Source: Podarcis gaigeae
Taxonomy: Eukaryota
Reading direction: 5' to 3' (one strand)
Length of the DNA: 64,000 bases
Assembly: GCA_964106915.2 (NCBI GenBank)
Contig: OZ066918.1
Both the position numbers and the translations under genes were made by a program. The notes below the pieces were generated by a model. The model was not told where the DNA came from and ran no database searches. It saw only the letters and a program-made list of their open reading frames with translations. This document shows, piece after piece, positions 63,503 through 64,000 of this stretch (position 1 is the first letter of the stretch; each line of letters begins with the position of its first letter).

Positions 63503-64000
63503 CTACCCCCATTAAAAAGGAAACAAAAGTCATTTTGGACATATATAAAGAAAGTTAGAAAGCAAAACATGGAGCCAATGTTCTGAGGCTCATTAGGGTA
63601 GATATGGAAGTGCTGCTGTTGTTAATAATGCAGCACTGTTGTTAAGCAATCGGAGGAAGGCATGTGAGGCATTTCTTGTAATTTCCCTTCTGAAGAGTTT
63701 TATTCTCTTCCAACAGGAAGAGCTCGCAGCAAGAAGTCTCGGTCCTGGAATAAAAAGAATGTTGCCTTGTGCCAGCTGTGTGGCTAGCACAAATTAAACA
63801 GGGTAAGCCTTTTTCTAGCATGGGAATACAATTATGGGGAAAGCTTTACGTGTTGACATTTTATCCATCAGACATATTATTATTTGCATGTGGCCCCTGA
63901 TTTAGTTTTGAATGATTCTGTAAAGGAAATTTTGTAACATTTATGTAAGAGACTGGGATCTACTGGTAGAACACTGGTTTGCAATACATAAACAACAGTT

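Noticed and set aside
50200-64000. 3' end of SMC3, the upstream neighbour of RBM20 in mammals
   Set aside because: No sequence encoding the SMC3 C-terminus (…KDFVEDDTTHG) was seen; it is presumably beyond the window.

Overview
Eukaryotic genomic DNA from a squamate, most likely a lacertid lizard, judged from Sauria SINEs, a BovB tail, L2/CR1/L1 fragments and squamate-type MITEs. The only protein-coding sequence I can support is coding exon 1 of RBM20, the cardiac/muscle splicing regulator, on the minus strand (49382->49207) in a CpG island at about 48.95-50.13 kb. It translates MVPAAAMNQAPDPNGPEQPES...RGMQPPPPPNLPQLIQ(N), matching the human N-terminus as I recall it ([20 protein letters not shown]...RGMQQPPPP...GLPQIIQN), and ends in a phase-2 GT donor. 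Positions 1-49206 are therefore the 5' part of the very long RBM20 intron 1; exon 2 is not in the window. 50.1-64 kb is upstream intergenic DNA. The rest is transposon-derived or AT-rich non-coding, and almost all ORF-track entries are spurious. The most notable features are two short Penelope-like insertions: one carries a minimal hammerhead ribozyme motif, the other is a perfect 144-bp palindrome centred on the ribozyme stem II, and both show similar junction microhomologies. Also noted: recursive-splice/poison-microexon-like sites in intron 1, candidate muscle enhancers, a MITE carrying NRF1+ETS motifs, and a possible spliced divergent transcript. I see no clear evidence for a wholly new system; these are candidates needing tests.
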